Source of the DNA: a phage
Strand: one strand, 5' to 3'
DNA length: 64,000 nucleotides
Sequence record: PZ452579.1
Part shown: positions 1-8,730 of the stretch, piece by piece
How positions within the stretch are numbered: the stretch's first letter is position 1
Layout: every line of letters begins with the position of its first letter
Notes under the pieces: model-generated
The model's database searches: none
What the model saw: the letters and a program-made list of their open reading frames with translations, nothing else
Told to the model about the DNA's origin: nothing
Program-made: the position numbers and the translations under genes

Positions 1-140
1 GGTTTAGTTCAAAACGATTCTTTTTAAGAATCTTTTCGGATTTTTTACGTGCTTCAGCTTCATTTTTCTTTTGGATTTCTTGTAGCATTTTAGCTACTGC
101 ATCTTCTGCTTCTTTATTTTCAATAATCTCGGTAGTCATA

Positions 141-356
141 TTATCTCATTAAATTAAAATAAAAACGTCCATCCTCTTCAATACAGAACTCGTACTCAAC
201 CGGAGTCCCATTTATTGAAAATGACACGTCATGTGGGTTCAAAGGGTCGATGTCAAAATTAATTTTAAATTCTCGACCCAACAGTTTTACCAAATAAGGG
301 ATTGCTTCGTCAAAAGGTTCTTCTAAGTAGTTAGAGATGTCAATTGTCATCCTCAT
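141..356 (-). CDS. hypothetical small protein
   Basis: Track ORF 141..434; first in-frame ATG at 356 overlaps 3' end of gene 55; no clear SD. Confidence 0.3.
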   Translation of the reverse strand: MRMTIDISNYLEEPFDEAIPYLVKLLGREFKINFDIDPLNPHDVSFSINGTPVEYEFCIEEDGRFYFNLMR

Positions 357-897
357 ATAAAAAATCCAAACTAGGCGAATCGCTAACAACTTCCTTCTTT
401 TCAGCCCCAGGAGCTTTATAAGCGGATTCTTCATAATGCGTCATTTTATCGTAGATGTCTTGAATAAACGTTTCATCTACCAACGCTACCATATCATCGT
501 CATGACTGTCGTAGACATTATGAACGAAGTAACTATATTTCTTTGCAACTTCCTTACGTTCTTTTTTGATACGTTGGACAAAAGCATTAAAACAAGCTCG
601 AGTTATGTATGCATGTGGGTTATTGTACTTAGTTTCGTCGAAATTATGAAGTCCCTTAATAGAGGCTTCAATCCCATCTGCAATCATCTCCTGCTTCCAA
701 GACTGGGTATATCCTGAAAAGTTGAAACGTTTGGACAGGCCTTCGGCGATAAGCATAATTGCTAAACCGATGGTATCATTCTGACGAATAATTTTGTTTG
801 GGTCTTTATTATTTAAGAGCTCCTTTTTCCACTCGATTATAGCGGCGAGAAGCTCTTTATTATTCACATAGTTATTTTTAGGTTTTTGTTCAGTCAT
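340..897 (-). CDS. 55: late sigma factor gp55
   Basis: 185 aa from internal ATG ([17 protein letters not shown]...); matches recalled T4 gp55 along its length; SD AAGAGG upstream. Confidence 0.9.
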   Translation of the reverse strand: MTEQKPKNNYVNNKELLAAIIEWKKELLNNKDPNKIIRQNDTIGLAIMLIAEGLSKRFNFSGYTQSWKQEMIADGIEASIKGLHNFDETKYNNPHAYITRACFNAFVQRIKKERKEVAKKYSYFVHNVYDSHDDDMVALVDETFIQDIYDKMTHYEESAYKAPGAEKKEVVSDSPSLDFLYEDDN

Positions 898-969
898 AAG
901 TACCTCTTGGCTCAATTCATAGGTCTATTATATCATAATATTTAGAGACCTATCTTAAAGCACGAGATA

Positions 970-1239
970 CTATCGGAGCAAACAATAAGCCTGAAACACT
1001 TTTTCCATTAAACGTTTGAACTCATGGATATCGATATAAAGATCAGTAAGACCGGCATTATAAAGAAAATCTAAAAAGTTCTCATGTGTTTCGTTATAGT
1101 CGCCTTCGTTTAATTGAGATACATGAGTTTCCCAAAAACCAACACCTTTAACGAATGGAAAATACGTGACTTTCATGTATTCGTCAACATAAAATTCGCC
1201 CAGCTTTTCTTCAGTTATACTGATTCGAGTTAATTTCAT
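970..1239 (-). CDS. hypothetical protein (89 aa)
   Basis: ORF with SD AAGGA; ATGA start/stop overlap with upstream gene. Confidence 0.55.
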   Translation of the reverse strand: MKLTRISITEEKLGEFYVDEYMKVTYFPFVKGVGFWETHVSQLNEGDYNETHENFLDFLYNAGLTDLYIDIHEFKRLMEKVFQAYCLLR

Positions 1240-1463
1240 TCTAGTTCCTTTGCTGCTTCAAGAGCAGCATCCAGCGAATCAAATTGGTCAACGAAATCAA
1301 TATTCAACGCATCGTCAACCGTAGCATATAACCACCATTGTTTGAATTCATATTCTAGGATAAATCCAGGCCCTTCAATCTGAGGAAGACCTAGGCTATT
1401 TGTACCAACTTCGTAACCAGCTAGACGCAGGTCATTAATCAAAGTTTCTGTTAATACGCTCAT
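1236..1463 (-). CDS. hypothetical acidic protein (75 aa)
   Basis: ORF with SD AAGG; ATGA overlap coupling to neighbours. Confidence 0.55.
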   Translation of the reverse strand: MSVLTETLINDLRLAGYEVGTNSLGLPQIEGPGFILEYEFKQWWLYATVDDALNIDFVDQFDSLDAALEAAKELE

Positions 1464-1792
1464 TTTACCGCCTTAACAATTTTCAGGTCAACGAATTTTT
1501 TCTTACGTTGATTTTTCATACGACGGATAGTCTTTTCAGAGATTTCATGTTTCTGATAAGCTTTAGATTCAACACCAAATGCAGCAACGTCAAATTCAGA
1601 AAGAATATATTGTACTAGAATTTCACGAATAGAATTACGTCCAATTTTCTGGTCGTGTTTTTGCATGATTTCATAAAGACGGAATTCCCACGCGTCAAGA
1701 ACTTGAGGAGTAACAATATTGCCGGATTCCAGAAGAGCAACAACTTTATCGAAAGCGAAAGAATTAACTACGTTTTTGATTTTAGTAGACAT
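1460..1792 (-). CDS. hypothetical protein (110 aa)
   Basis: Start moved to ATG (MSTKIKNVV...) 8 nt after SD GAGG; promoter cassette directly upstream. Confidence 0.6.
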   Translation of the reverse strand: MSTKIKNVVNSFAFDKVVALLESGNIVTPQVLDAWEFRLYEIMQKHDQKIGRNSIREILVQYILSEFDVAAFGVESKAYQKHEISEKTIRRMKNQRKKKFVDLKIVKAVK

Positions 1793-1829
1793 ATTATTTT
1801 CCTCGGTTATTTTATTATCCAACGAGAGA

Positions 1830-1858
1830 ATTATACTCATCTCTCAAGAGTTTGTATA
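1830..1858 (-). promoter_or_regulatory. sigma70-type early promoter (-35 TATACA, 17 nt, -10 TATAAT) with -10 inside inverted repeat GAGAGA/TCTCTC
   Basis: Read on minus strand; near-identical cassette recurs at 31379..31407. Confidence 0.55.
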
Positions 1859-2098
1859 CTATTTTTTAAGCATGAAAAGTAAGTAATTTGTATCACGTGG
1901 AGTAATATCAACACCCATATCAAAGATGCCTTTATAGATTGGGTATTTGTTTTCGGTTGTATCGAAGCTGAAACTATTTCCATCACAACTAACAGTAATA
2001 GCATCTGTTAAAATGTCATACTCAATCCTAACAATTGAATCCCCAATTTTAACGTCGAGGTGTTTTTTGAATTTGATAAAATCTAATTCTTGGGCCAT
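1859..2098 (-). CDS. hypothetical protein (79 aa)
   Basis: ORF with SD AGGA 7 nt upstream of ATG. Confidence 0.55.
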   Translation of the reverse strand: MAQELDFIKFKKHLDVKIGDSIVRIEYDILTDAITVSCDGNSFSFDTTENKYPIYKGIFDMGVDITPRDTNYLLFMLKK

Positions 2099-2161
2099 GA
2101 TATTTTCCTCATTTTAAGACGATAGGAAGATAATAACATGTCTTCCTATCGTTGTACATTA

Positions 2162-2362
2162 TTAACCGAACTTTTTAGCGCCTTTCCAGCCTTCATACAT
2201 AACTGCGCAAGTCAATAGCACAGCATGTTGGCATTCTTTGTATTTGTAAATCCAGAACCAGCGTAAGAAGTCTTCGTCCTCAACACCGTTGAGTTTCATA
2301 TTGGCAAAGAATTCGGCACGTTCTTCACGAAGCTTTTGCGATAACATAGATTCAGGATTCAT
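2162..2362 (-). CDS. hypothetical protein (66 aa)
   Basis: Start set at ATG (MNPESML...) overlapping upstream stop as ATGA; track M1 is GTG. Confidence 0.5.
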   Translation of the reverse strand: MNPESMLSQKLREERAEFFANMKLNGVEDEDFLRWFWIYKYKECQHAVLLTCAVMYEGWKGAKKFG

Positions 2363-2493
2363 TTTGTGTTCCACGCCCCATTTTCATCGATGAACTTAAT
2401 CCAGTCATTTACAGACCATTTAGTTGTATCACCCTTTGGATTAACATTTAAAGTATATAATCCCTGCTTAAAAAGCATTCGTTTGATATTCAT
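2359..2493 (-). CDS. hypothetical small protein (44 aa)
   Basis: ATG (MNIKRML...) 7 nt after SD GAGG; upstream part of track ORF overlaps neighbour. Confidence 0.4.
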   Translation of the reverse strand: MNIKRMLFKQGLYTLNVNPKGDTTKWSVNDWIKFIDENGAWNTK

Positions 2494-2500
2494 AATTTCC

Positions 2501-2794
2501 TCAACTGTAACGATAACATTCGTTAGCTTTACGTTTGGCTTCAGTATGAGAAGTATTATAATCATAATCTTCTTTACTGTAAACATCTTTTTTCAACTTA
2601 CGAACTTCTTTGCGGAGTTGTCGATTCATTTCATTCTTGACTTCAGAATCAACGCCTTTCATACGTTTCCATTTATCTGAGCGGAAAATGTTTTCAACCA
2701 TGTCTTTGTGGCTAACACCGTCAGGAGCTTTACGCTTACCAAAATAGTCGTAATCGCGAACTTTCAAATCTTTACGACGATATGTTTTACCCAT
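2501..2794 (-). CDS. hypothetical basic protein (97 aa)
   Basis: Start at MGKTYRRKDLK... with SD GAGG; Lys/Arg-rich. Confidence 0.55.
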   Translation of the reverse strand: MGKTYRRKDLKVRDYDYFGKRKAPDGVSHKDMVENIFRSDKWKRMKGVDSEVKNEMNRQLRKEVRKLKKDVYSKEDYDYNTSHTEAKRKANECYRYS

Positions 2795-2801
2795 AAGTAC
2801 C

Positions 2802-3050
2802 TCAGAGGTTGATTGATACAATGCGTTTGATAAAATTCACTTCACTTACTGAAAGGTCTTTAAGACCGATTGATTCTAAACGCTGAGTAAGCGTCAACAT
2901 CGGGATATAGTCCCAATGTGTTTTAGACGTTTGATAAGTACGGACGCCATTAGCAATTTCAACATGCAAATCGGAAATGGTAACGAATACCGGTCGCTCG
3001 TCATTAACTTTAAGGGTTAGAACAACTTTCTTTGAATCTAAACTAATCAT
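2802..3050 (-). CDS. hypothetical protein (82 aa)
   Basis: ORF with SD AAGGA; ATGA overlap with upstream gene. Confidence 0.55.
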   Translation of the reverse strand: MISLDSKKVVLTLKVNDERPVFVTISDLHVEIANGVRTYQTSKTHWDYIPMLTLTQRLESIGLKDLSVSEVNFIKRIVSINL

Positions 3051-3229
3051 GACTTAATTTCCTTCGCAATTGAACAGAAGATACCACGGTCACAAAGCAT
3101 TTCGCCAATTTCTGGATATTTGATTGAACGGTACCAAACATCCAGGCTTGAAACTCTGGTTATCTGTACTGCATTACCGTTGACAGAATAGTACTGGTCA
3201 ACCTTAATTTCTTTATCTTCAATTGTCAT
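3047..3229 (-). CDS. hypothetical protein (60 aa)
   Basis: ORF with SD AGGA 8 nt upstream. Confidence 0.5.
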   Translation of the reverse strand: MTIEDKEIKVDQYYSVNGNAVQITRVSSLDVWYRSIKYPEIGEMLCDRGIFCSIAKEIKS

Positions 3230-3360
3230 TTTTATTTTCCTCTATAGTAGATGGTTTAATCTTAACACATCTATTGAGGATGTAAACTGTTTTATGAAAA
3301 TATTTTTGATTTGAGAGTGGCACAAGGAGATAGTGAAGTGAAGATTCCAATGGATTATAT

Positions 3361-3397
3361 TAGAAATGGGATAAAGAAGACCAGGCGGCACCTGGTC
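3361..3397 (-). terminator. hairpin GACCAGG-n5-CCTGGTC followed by U-rich tract
   Basis: Immediately after stop of glutaredoxin-like gene on minus strand. Confidence 0.45.
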
Positions 3398-3719
3398 AAT
3401 CTTCTATGATATCAGAGTCATATCCTAATGAAATCAAGGACTTTTTAAACTCTGCAATATTCTTTTGTTTCTTATCATTTAAAAATATGACAGGATAACG
3501 AATATTAAGTGAAGTGAATCCTGCACGTTTAGCAAGAGATACGATTAAAGGACGGTCATATTCAATCTTACCATTATTAGTGAGGACTTTATAAAATGTA
3601 TAAGGAGCGTTGAGCTCCTTTAAAAGTTTTGTAACAGTATAACATCCTGGACAACGTCCAACTTCTTCAGGGATGCCATAGATTTCAATCTTGTTCTTTA
3701 AGTTCGAGTTTTGTTCCAC
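3396..3719 (-). CDS. NrdH-like glutaredoxin (CPGC active site)
   Basis: IEIYGIPEEVGRCPGCY... redoxin motif; only in-frame start near domain is GTG with AGGA upstream; N-terminal part of track ORF overlaps neighbour. Confidence 0.55.
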   Translation of the reverse strand: MEQNSNLKNKIEIYGIPEEVGRCPGCYTVTKLLKELNAPYTFYKVLTNNGKIEYDRPLIVSLAKRAGFTSLNIRYPVIFLNDKKQKNIAEFKKSLISLGYDSDIIED

Positions 3720-4002
3720 GAGAAATAATTCCTTGGTAAGCCCAATAAGGAGGATTAACAGAATCCTCACCAGAGTTTTCTTCAGGAAAATAAACCTGGA
3801 TAACAAATCCAGATGCATCAAAGGTAAAATAAACCGTAGGTAGTTCACCTAACAATTCGGCACGAGCATTAATTTCTTCGAGATCTCGTTCACGTCCAGC
3901 CCAAAAACTAGGATTTAGATTACATTCGTAAAAATAATAGTCATTACCGAACATATCAAAACCCTTCCAACTCTCTACCACATACCGCTCAAAACTAATC
4001 AT
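3685..4002 (-). CDS. hypothetical protein (105 aa)
   Basis: ORF MISFERYVVESWKGF...; overlaps start of glutaredoxin-like gene. Confidence 0.5.
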   Translation of the reverse strand: MISFERYVVESWKGFDMFGNDYYFYECNLNPSFWAGRERDLEEINARAELLGELPTVYFTFDASGFVIQVYFPEENSGEDSVNPPYWAYQGIISRGTKLELKEQD

Positions 4003-4004
4003 AA

Positions 4005-4220
4005 TTAAGCCTTTTTATCAAGAACAGAATTCAGCTTGTTAGTAATTTTATCCAAACGTTCATTGAATTCGCTGGAGGATAAACCCTTTTCCGGAGAAAT
4101 TAAACTAATCACGAAAAATACACCAGTAAAAGGAATAAGAAAAATAACTCCAACTGCCATAAACAAAAAGAACGTTACAGTTGTAAGAAAATCAGCTAAA
4201 CCTTTACGAAATTTATACAT
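4005..4220 (-). CDS. small membrane protein (71 aa)
   Basis: Long hydrophobic stretch TVTFFLFMAVGVIFLIPFTGVFFVISLI. Confidence 0.55.
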   Translation of the reverse strand: MYKFRKGLADFLTTVTFFLFMAVGVIFLIPFTGVFFVISLISPEKGLSSSEFNERLDKITNKLNSVLDKKA

Positions 4221-4330
4221 ATTTACCCTTAATTAACTAAGCATTGATAAGCACTAAACTATATTGCGAATAAAATTCTGGACCAAAATGAAAAATCATA
4301 TCATTTATAGTATCCATAATGTAATTCAAT

Positions 4331-4801
4331 TTAATCATGTTTCCACACCCCATCGGTATTTGACCAAAGTCTCTGATTATCTGATCCTCGCCACAGTTTT
4401 TTGGTCGGAAGATTTTTCTCATACTTCCCATCAATAATAACATCAACATATTTAAGCATTTCTAGTTGTTTAATATCTTCAAACTTATATCCTGTCCACA
4501 ACCAAATGCTTTTATTGGGATAAAGATTTTTTACTGTTTGAACAATGCAATGAATGACGTCTCGATTGTCAGGATAGAGAGGGTCTCCTCCGGTTATAGT
4601 CAATCCTTCTATATAATCATTATTCAAATATTCAATCAATTGTTCTAGTGTTTCACCGGTGAATGGAATACCATTTCTAGCATTCCATGTTGATTTATTA
4701 TAACACCCTTCGCATTTATGCAAACAACCTGTAACGAAAAGAACGACCCTGCAACCAGGGCCATTCACAAAATCGCAAGGATAAAATCTATCATAATTCA
4801 T
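4331..4801 (-). CDS. nrdG: anaerobic ribonucleotide reductase activating protein (radical SAM)
   Basis: CxxxCxxC motif (CLHKCEGC) near N-terminus; 156 aa; directly downstream of nrdD with 4-nt overlap. Confidence 0.9.
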   Translation of the reverse strand: MNYDRFYPCDFVNGPGCRVVLFVTGCLHKCEGCYNKSTWNARNGIPFTGETLEQLIEYLNNDYIEGLTITGGDPLYPDNRDVIHCIVQTVKNLYPNKSIWLWTGYKFEDIKQLEMLKYVDVIIDGKYEKNLPTKKLWRGSDNQRLWSNTDGVWKHD

Positions 4802-6615
4802 TGATGCTTAACCCTATGCATGATTTCTTTATTTTTACCGAGATTAAATCCGCGTTCGTTCGGATTTCCCAAATAACCGCATGTTCTTCTTATGGTGTTC
4901 ATCTTTTTAGGATCAGTTTCTCCGCAAACTGAACAAACAAATCCGTTTTCAGTAGGAGTCATTTCATGGGTACTTCCACATGTAAAACATTTATCTACCG
5001 GCATGTTAACACCAAAATAATCTAAATGTTGTGCAGCATAATCCCATACGGCCTCAAGACCTTTTAAGTTATTTTTCATATCGGGAAGTTCAACATAAGA
5101 AATGTGACCGCCGGTCGCAATGAAATGATATGGTGCTTCACGAGAAATCTTTTCAAACGGAGTAATATTTTCTTCTACTGAAACATGGAAACTGTTAGTG
5201 TACCAGCCTTTATCGGTAACATCCTTTACACTTCCATATTTTTCTGTATCGAGTTTACAGAAGCGATAACAAAGGTTTTCAGCAGGAGTCGAATATAAAC
5301 TAAAAGCAAATCCAGTTCTTTCAGTCCACTGTTTAAGATGAGCATTCATTTTAGTTAAAATTTCTCGTCCAATATCACGTCCGACAAGAATATTCAATTC
5401 GTGAATACCAATGTATCCCAAAGACACTGAACTTCTACCGTTTTTAAATAACTCAATTATGTCGTCATCAGGTTTAAGACGGACCCCGAATGCACCTTCT
5501 TGGTAAAGAATAGGAGCAACAGTAGCTTTAACTCCTTTTAGGGAACTAATTCTACACATCAAAGCTTCAAAACACAAATCCATTCGTTCATTGAATAATT
5601 CAACAAATTTCTGTTCATTGAACTGTGTTCCAATATAAGAATCTAACGCGATGCGAGGAAGATTCAGTGTTACAACACCAAGATTATTACGTCCATCAAG
5701 AATTTCATTACCAGTCGAATCTTTCCATACGCTCAAGAAACTACGGCAACCCATTGGAGAAACAGGAACAGATGAACCAGTGATAGCTTTATTGTTCTTA
5801 GCTGAAATAATATCAGGATACATTCTTTTGCTTGCGCACTCTAGAGCAAGCTGTTTAATATCATAGTTCGGATCATCTTTATAAAGATTAACACCTTCTT
5901 CAACAAACATAACAAGTTTAGGAAAAATAGGAGTTATTCCATCACGACCAAGACCTTTAACACGATTTTTCAGAATTGCTTTCTGAATCATTCGTTCAGT
6001 CCAGTCAGTTCCCGTACCAAATGTAATTGTTACAAAAGGAGTCTGTCCGTTTGAACTAAAGAGAGTATTTACTTCATATTCATAAGCTTGGAATGCATCG
6101 TATACGTCTTTTTCTGTTTTAGATTGAGCATAATTCAACGTATCAGCGATTTGCCATTTTTCTGCATCCTCAATATGTTTTGCATAGGTGCGTTTAACAT
6201 AAGGAGAAAGTACTTTATCTACATTAGCAAAAGTCGTTCCGCCGTATTGGTGAGAAGCAACCTGTGCAGTAATTTGTGCCATAATTGCAGTAGCAACACC
6301 AATCGATTTAGGCGTTTCAATCTGCGCATTACCTAGCTTAAATCCGTTTTCAAGCATTCCTTTTAAATCTACTAAACAGCAATTAGTAAATGGAAGAGCA
6401 GGGGAATAATCAATATCATGGAAATGGATAATTCCGCTTTCATGCGCTTTCATAATAAAAGACGGGACCATATTTTTGGCAATGTGTTTAGACACAATAC
6501 CAGCCATAAGGTCCCGTTGAGTTGGAAAAACACGAGAATCTTTATTAGCATTCTCGTTTAAAAGGTCTTTATTAGTTTTATGAATCAATCCTTCAATTTC
6601 TTTTTCAATTGTCAT
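4798..6615 (-). CDS. nrdD: anaerobic ribonucleoside-triphosphate reductase
   Basis: 605 aa; C-terminal glycyl radical motif RRTCGYLG and CxxC...CxxC zinc site; uninterrupted ORF. Confidence 0.95.
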   Translation of the reverse strand: MTIEKEIEGLIHKTNKDLLNENANKDSRVFPTQRDLMAGIVSKHIAKNMVPSFIMKAHESGIIHFHDIDYSPALPFTNCCLVDLKGMLENGFKLGNAQIETPKSIGVATAIMAQITAQVASHQYGGTTFANVDKVLSPYVKRTYAKHIEDAEKWQIADTLNYAQSKTEKDVYDAFQAYEYEVNTLFSSNGQTPFVTITFGTGTDWTERMIQKAILKNRVKGLGRDGITPIFPKLVMFVEEGVNLYKDDPNYDIKQLALECASKRMYPDIISAKNNKAITGSSVPVSPMGCRSFLSVWKDSTGNEILDGRNNLGVVTLNLPRIALDSYIGTQFNEQKFVELFNERMDLCFEALMCRISSLKGVKATVAPILYQEGAFGVRLKPDDDIIELFKNGRSSVSLGYIGIHELNILVGRDIGREILTKMNAHLKQWTERTGFAFSLYSTPAENLCYRFCKLDTEKYGSVKDVTDKGWYTNSFHVSVEENITPFEKISREAPYHFIATGGHISYVELPDMKNNLKGLEAVWDYAAQHLDYFGVNMPVDKCFTCGSTHEMTPTENGFVCSVCGETDPKKMNTIRRTCGYLGNPNERGFNLGKNKEIMHRVKHQ

Positions 6616-7085
6616 TTTAAACTCTTTCTAAGCTGCTTCTTAAATGAAGCTATTAACTGTGTTTTTGTGTCAGATTCATTATATTCAAATCCTCTTTGAA
6701 GCATCTCAGCCATCATTTCCTCTTTACCTAGTCTTGAGAACTCTTTAGTTTTGTCTGGAACAAAATTAGGATGGATATTATTATCAGAATAATCTTGTTT
6801 CAAATAAGCAAGAAGAGCTTCAAGCCATTCTAGGTAGTCGACATCACGTCCTTTAAGACCGGAACGATTGAACTTATGCTTCATTTGGCCTTCTGCTGCG
6901 TTGCACAGATTACAGAGTAATCCACGAACTCTACCGGCTTTTAGCCCGTTTAATTCATGGTCGTGGTCAAGATGGTTACCTTGAACGTCAGGGTCTAATT
7001 CACGGTGGCAAATAGGACACTTACCATTCTGTGCATCATAAAATTTTTGTTTTTCTTCTTTATATTTTGCGCCTGATAATAACAT
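6612..7085 (-). CDS. 49: endonuclease VII (Holliday junction resolvase)
   Basis: 157 aa; matches recalled T4 endo VII sequence (MLLSGAKYKEEKQKFYDAQNGKCPICHREL...). Confidence 0.9.
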   Translation of the reverse strand: MLLSGAKYKEEKQKFYDAQNGKCPICHRELDPDVQGNHLDHDHELNGLKAGRVRGLLCNLCNAAEGQMKHKFNRSGLKGRDVDYLEWLEALLAYLKQDYSDNNIHPNFVPDKTKEFSRLGKEEMMAEMLQRGFEYNESDTKTQLIASFKKQLRKSLK

Positions 7086-7114
7086 GATAAACCCTTACCT
7101 TAAATAGATAAGGG

Positions 7115-7122
7115 TATTTATA
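7115..7122 (-). promoter_or_regulatory. T4-type late promoter TATAAATA
   Basis: TATAAATA on minus strand 30 nt upstream of gene 49 start. Confidence 0.6.
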
Positions 7123-7124
7123 AT

Positions 7125-7295
7125 TTAGTAAACGTTATAAAAGTTACGATGAGAACGTTTAGCTTTGCGAAGCTGACGTTTAGTAGGACGAACTGTAAAT
7201 GGTTGTCCAGAGAAAAAATTCGGATCGGTTTTAATAAGCAAATACCAATCATGTTTGCCATTTTTTAATAAACGGTACAATAATTTAACTTGCAT
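7125..7295 (-). CDS. hypothetical basic protein (56 aa)
   Basis: First ATG (MQVKLLYRLL...); track M1 is TTG; weak SD. Confidence 0.35.
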   Translation of the reverse strand: MQVKLLYRLLKNGKHDWYLLIKTDPNFFSGQPFTVRPTKRQLRKAKRSHRNFYNVY

Positions 7296-7423
7296 AATAA
7301 TCTCTTCCCATTTCCATATCAATTAATTCATTTATTGAAGGTTCATCATAACACGTTTCTTCGTCGTTGTAAACTGTTTCGACGTCTGGCTCGACTGTCT
7401 CCCATCGAGCCGAATACCATGGT

Positions 7424-7759
7424 TTAACCGCGGAGCTTATTGAGCTCTTCATAATCAACCCAGGATTCTAGCCCAGATGGCAAATCAGATTCAACATTCC
7501 ACAGAAGCTCTTCGATGGCTTGTAGGCGATTATATTCTTCAACAGTAATAGTAACCATTGTTTCAGGCTTTTTAACCATCATGTCATTCATCAGAATGTA
7601 CAGGTCTTCACAAACAGCTGGGTCGTCCCATGTCCATATTTCAGCATCTCTAACCAATGAAGTCGGAATCGAATTTAAAACTTCAAGCTTAGTAGGAGCG
7701 TCAGGGCCGAGAAGAGTTGCTACAAATTTATATGCTTTGGCGAAATCAATATTGTTCAT
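7424..7759 (-). CDS. hypothetical acidic protein (111 aa)
   Basis: ORF; ATGA overlap with nrdC stop. Confidence 0.5.
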   Translation of the reverse strand: MNNIDFAKAYKFVATLLGPDAPTKLEVLNSIPTSLVRDAEIWTWDDPAVCEDLYILMNDMMVKKPETMVTITVEEYNRLQAIEELLWNVESDLPSGLESWVDYEELNKLRG

Positions 7760-8019
7760 TTAAAATATTCTCGCAGTTGGTCAAATCCACCAATGTGACT
7801 TCCGTCAGGAGCAAACACTTGAGGCATAGTCAATCCGACTTGTGATTCACGTCCAAGCTTAACCAGAAGCTCAGCAATTTTCTCATCATCAAAAACACCT
7901 TTTTCTGGCATAACATTAATGAATTCGAATGGCTGTTTCTTAACAGTCAGCAATCGTTTCGCATTATCACAGAAAACGCAACGGTGAATAGTAGAGTCAT
8001 ACCCGTACACTTTAAACAT
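7756..8019 (-). CDS. nrdC: thioredoxin/glutaredoxin NrdC
   Basis: 87 aa from MFKVYGYDSTIHRCVFCDNAKRLL...; CxxC redox motif; matches recalled T4 NrdC; SD AAGGA. Confidence 0.85.
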   Translation of the reverse strand: MFKVYGYDSTIHRCVFCDNAKRLLTVKKQPFEFINVMPEKGVFDDEKIAELLVKLGRESQVGLTMPQVFAPDGSHIGGFDQLREYFK

Positions 8020-8425
8020 TATTTTTCCTTTCATCGATTAAATATGCAACACCAAATACAATACATGTAATAAAACCTGTTATACAGATAGAAACCAACA
8101 ACACTGTACCAAAGAACCAAATCAGGTTATCTTTAGTAGTTTGTTTGATATCCATCTCACGAATTTCTATAGCTATCGTATCACCTTTATTCAGAAGCGT
8201 ATAAAACGACGGTGATACATGCCTGTCAAAAACACGACCTTGTTCATCTTTATAAACTGCAATAAATTCTAATTTAGAATATTTTCCTGTAGATTGACCT
8301 GAAATTAATTCCACCACCTCCACAGGAATTACTTTAGTTTCCATGTAAGTATTCTGGCTGTTCCAAATGAATGGAATGATGGCAAAAACTAAAGCTGCAA
8401 TAAAACAACGAAGGCTATATCTCAT
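8012..8425 (-). CDS. membrane protein (137 aa, N- and C-terminal TM segments)
   Basis: Hydrophobic segments at both ends. Confidence 0.55.
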   Translation of the reverse strand: MRYSLRCFIAALVFAIIPFIWNSQNTYMETKVIPVEVVELISGQSTGKYSKLEFIAVYKDEQGRVFDRHVSPSFYTLLNKGDTIAIEIREMDIKQTTKDNLIWFFGTVLLVSICITGFITCIVFGVAYLIDERKNNV

Positions 8426-8730
8426 TATAATGTTCTCTCAAATTTGTGGAAGCATTTACGGCATTTCAATTTCAAGTTATCAGTGGTCCAGTTAACCAGT
8501 TGGACTTGGATAGTTCCACATTCCGGGCATGGATGTTTTGCTGCCGATTTGGCAGCATTTTCACGTCGTTCAACCATTTTCATGATTTCGTTCCATGCCG
8601 GAGGAACGAACTCTTCTTCACCGTGGATTTTATCTCGCTGAACAAATTCAATCTTTGAACTATCGTCAATAAACTTAACCAAGCGGTGATTAGTGCTCAT
8701 ATCAATATCCTCTAAAAGACGTAGTTTCAT
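8425..8730 (-). CDS. zinc-ribbon protein (101 aa)
   Basis: C-terminal CPEC-x17-CRKC motif. Confidence 0.55.
   Translation of the reverse strand: MKLRLLEDIDMSTNHRLVKFIDDSSKIEFVQRDKIHGEEEFVPPAWNEIMKMVERRENAAKSAAKHPCPECGTIQVQLVNWTTDNLKLKCRKCFHKFERTL

Noticed and set aside
436-717. Plus-strand ORFs embedded in minus-strand genes across 1-40 kb (e.g. 436..717, 5651..5866, 6088..6336, 9234..9449, 13356..13706, 21229..21500)
   Set aside because: Antisense to well-supported genes including gp55, NrdD and the NTPase; no SD; typical spurious ORFs in AT-rich DNA.
4237-4449. 70-codon ORF overlapping the 3' end of nrdG
   Set aside because: Out-of-frame overlap with the conserved radical-SAM activase.
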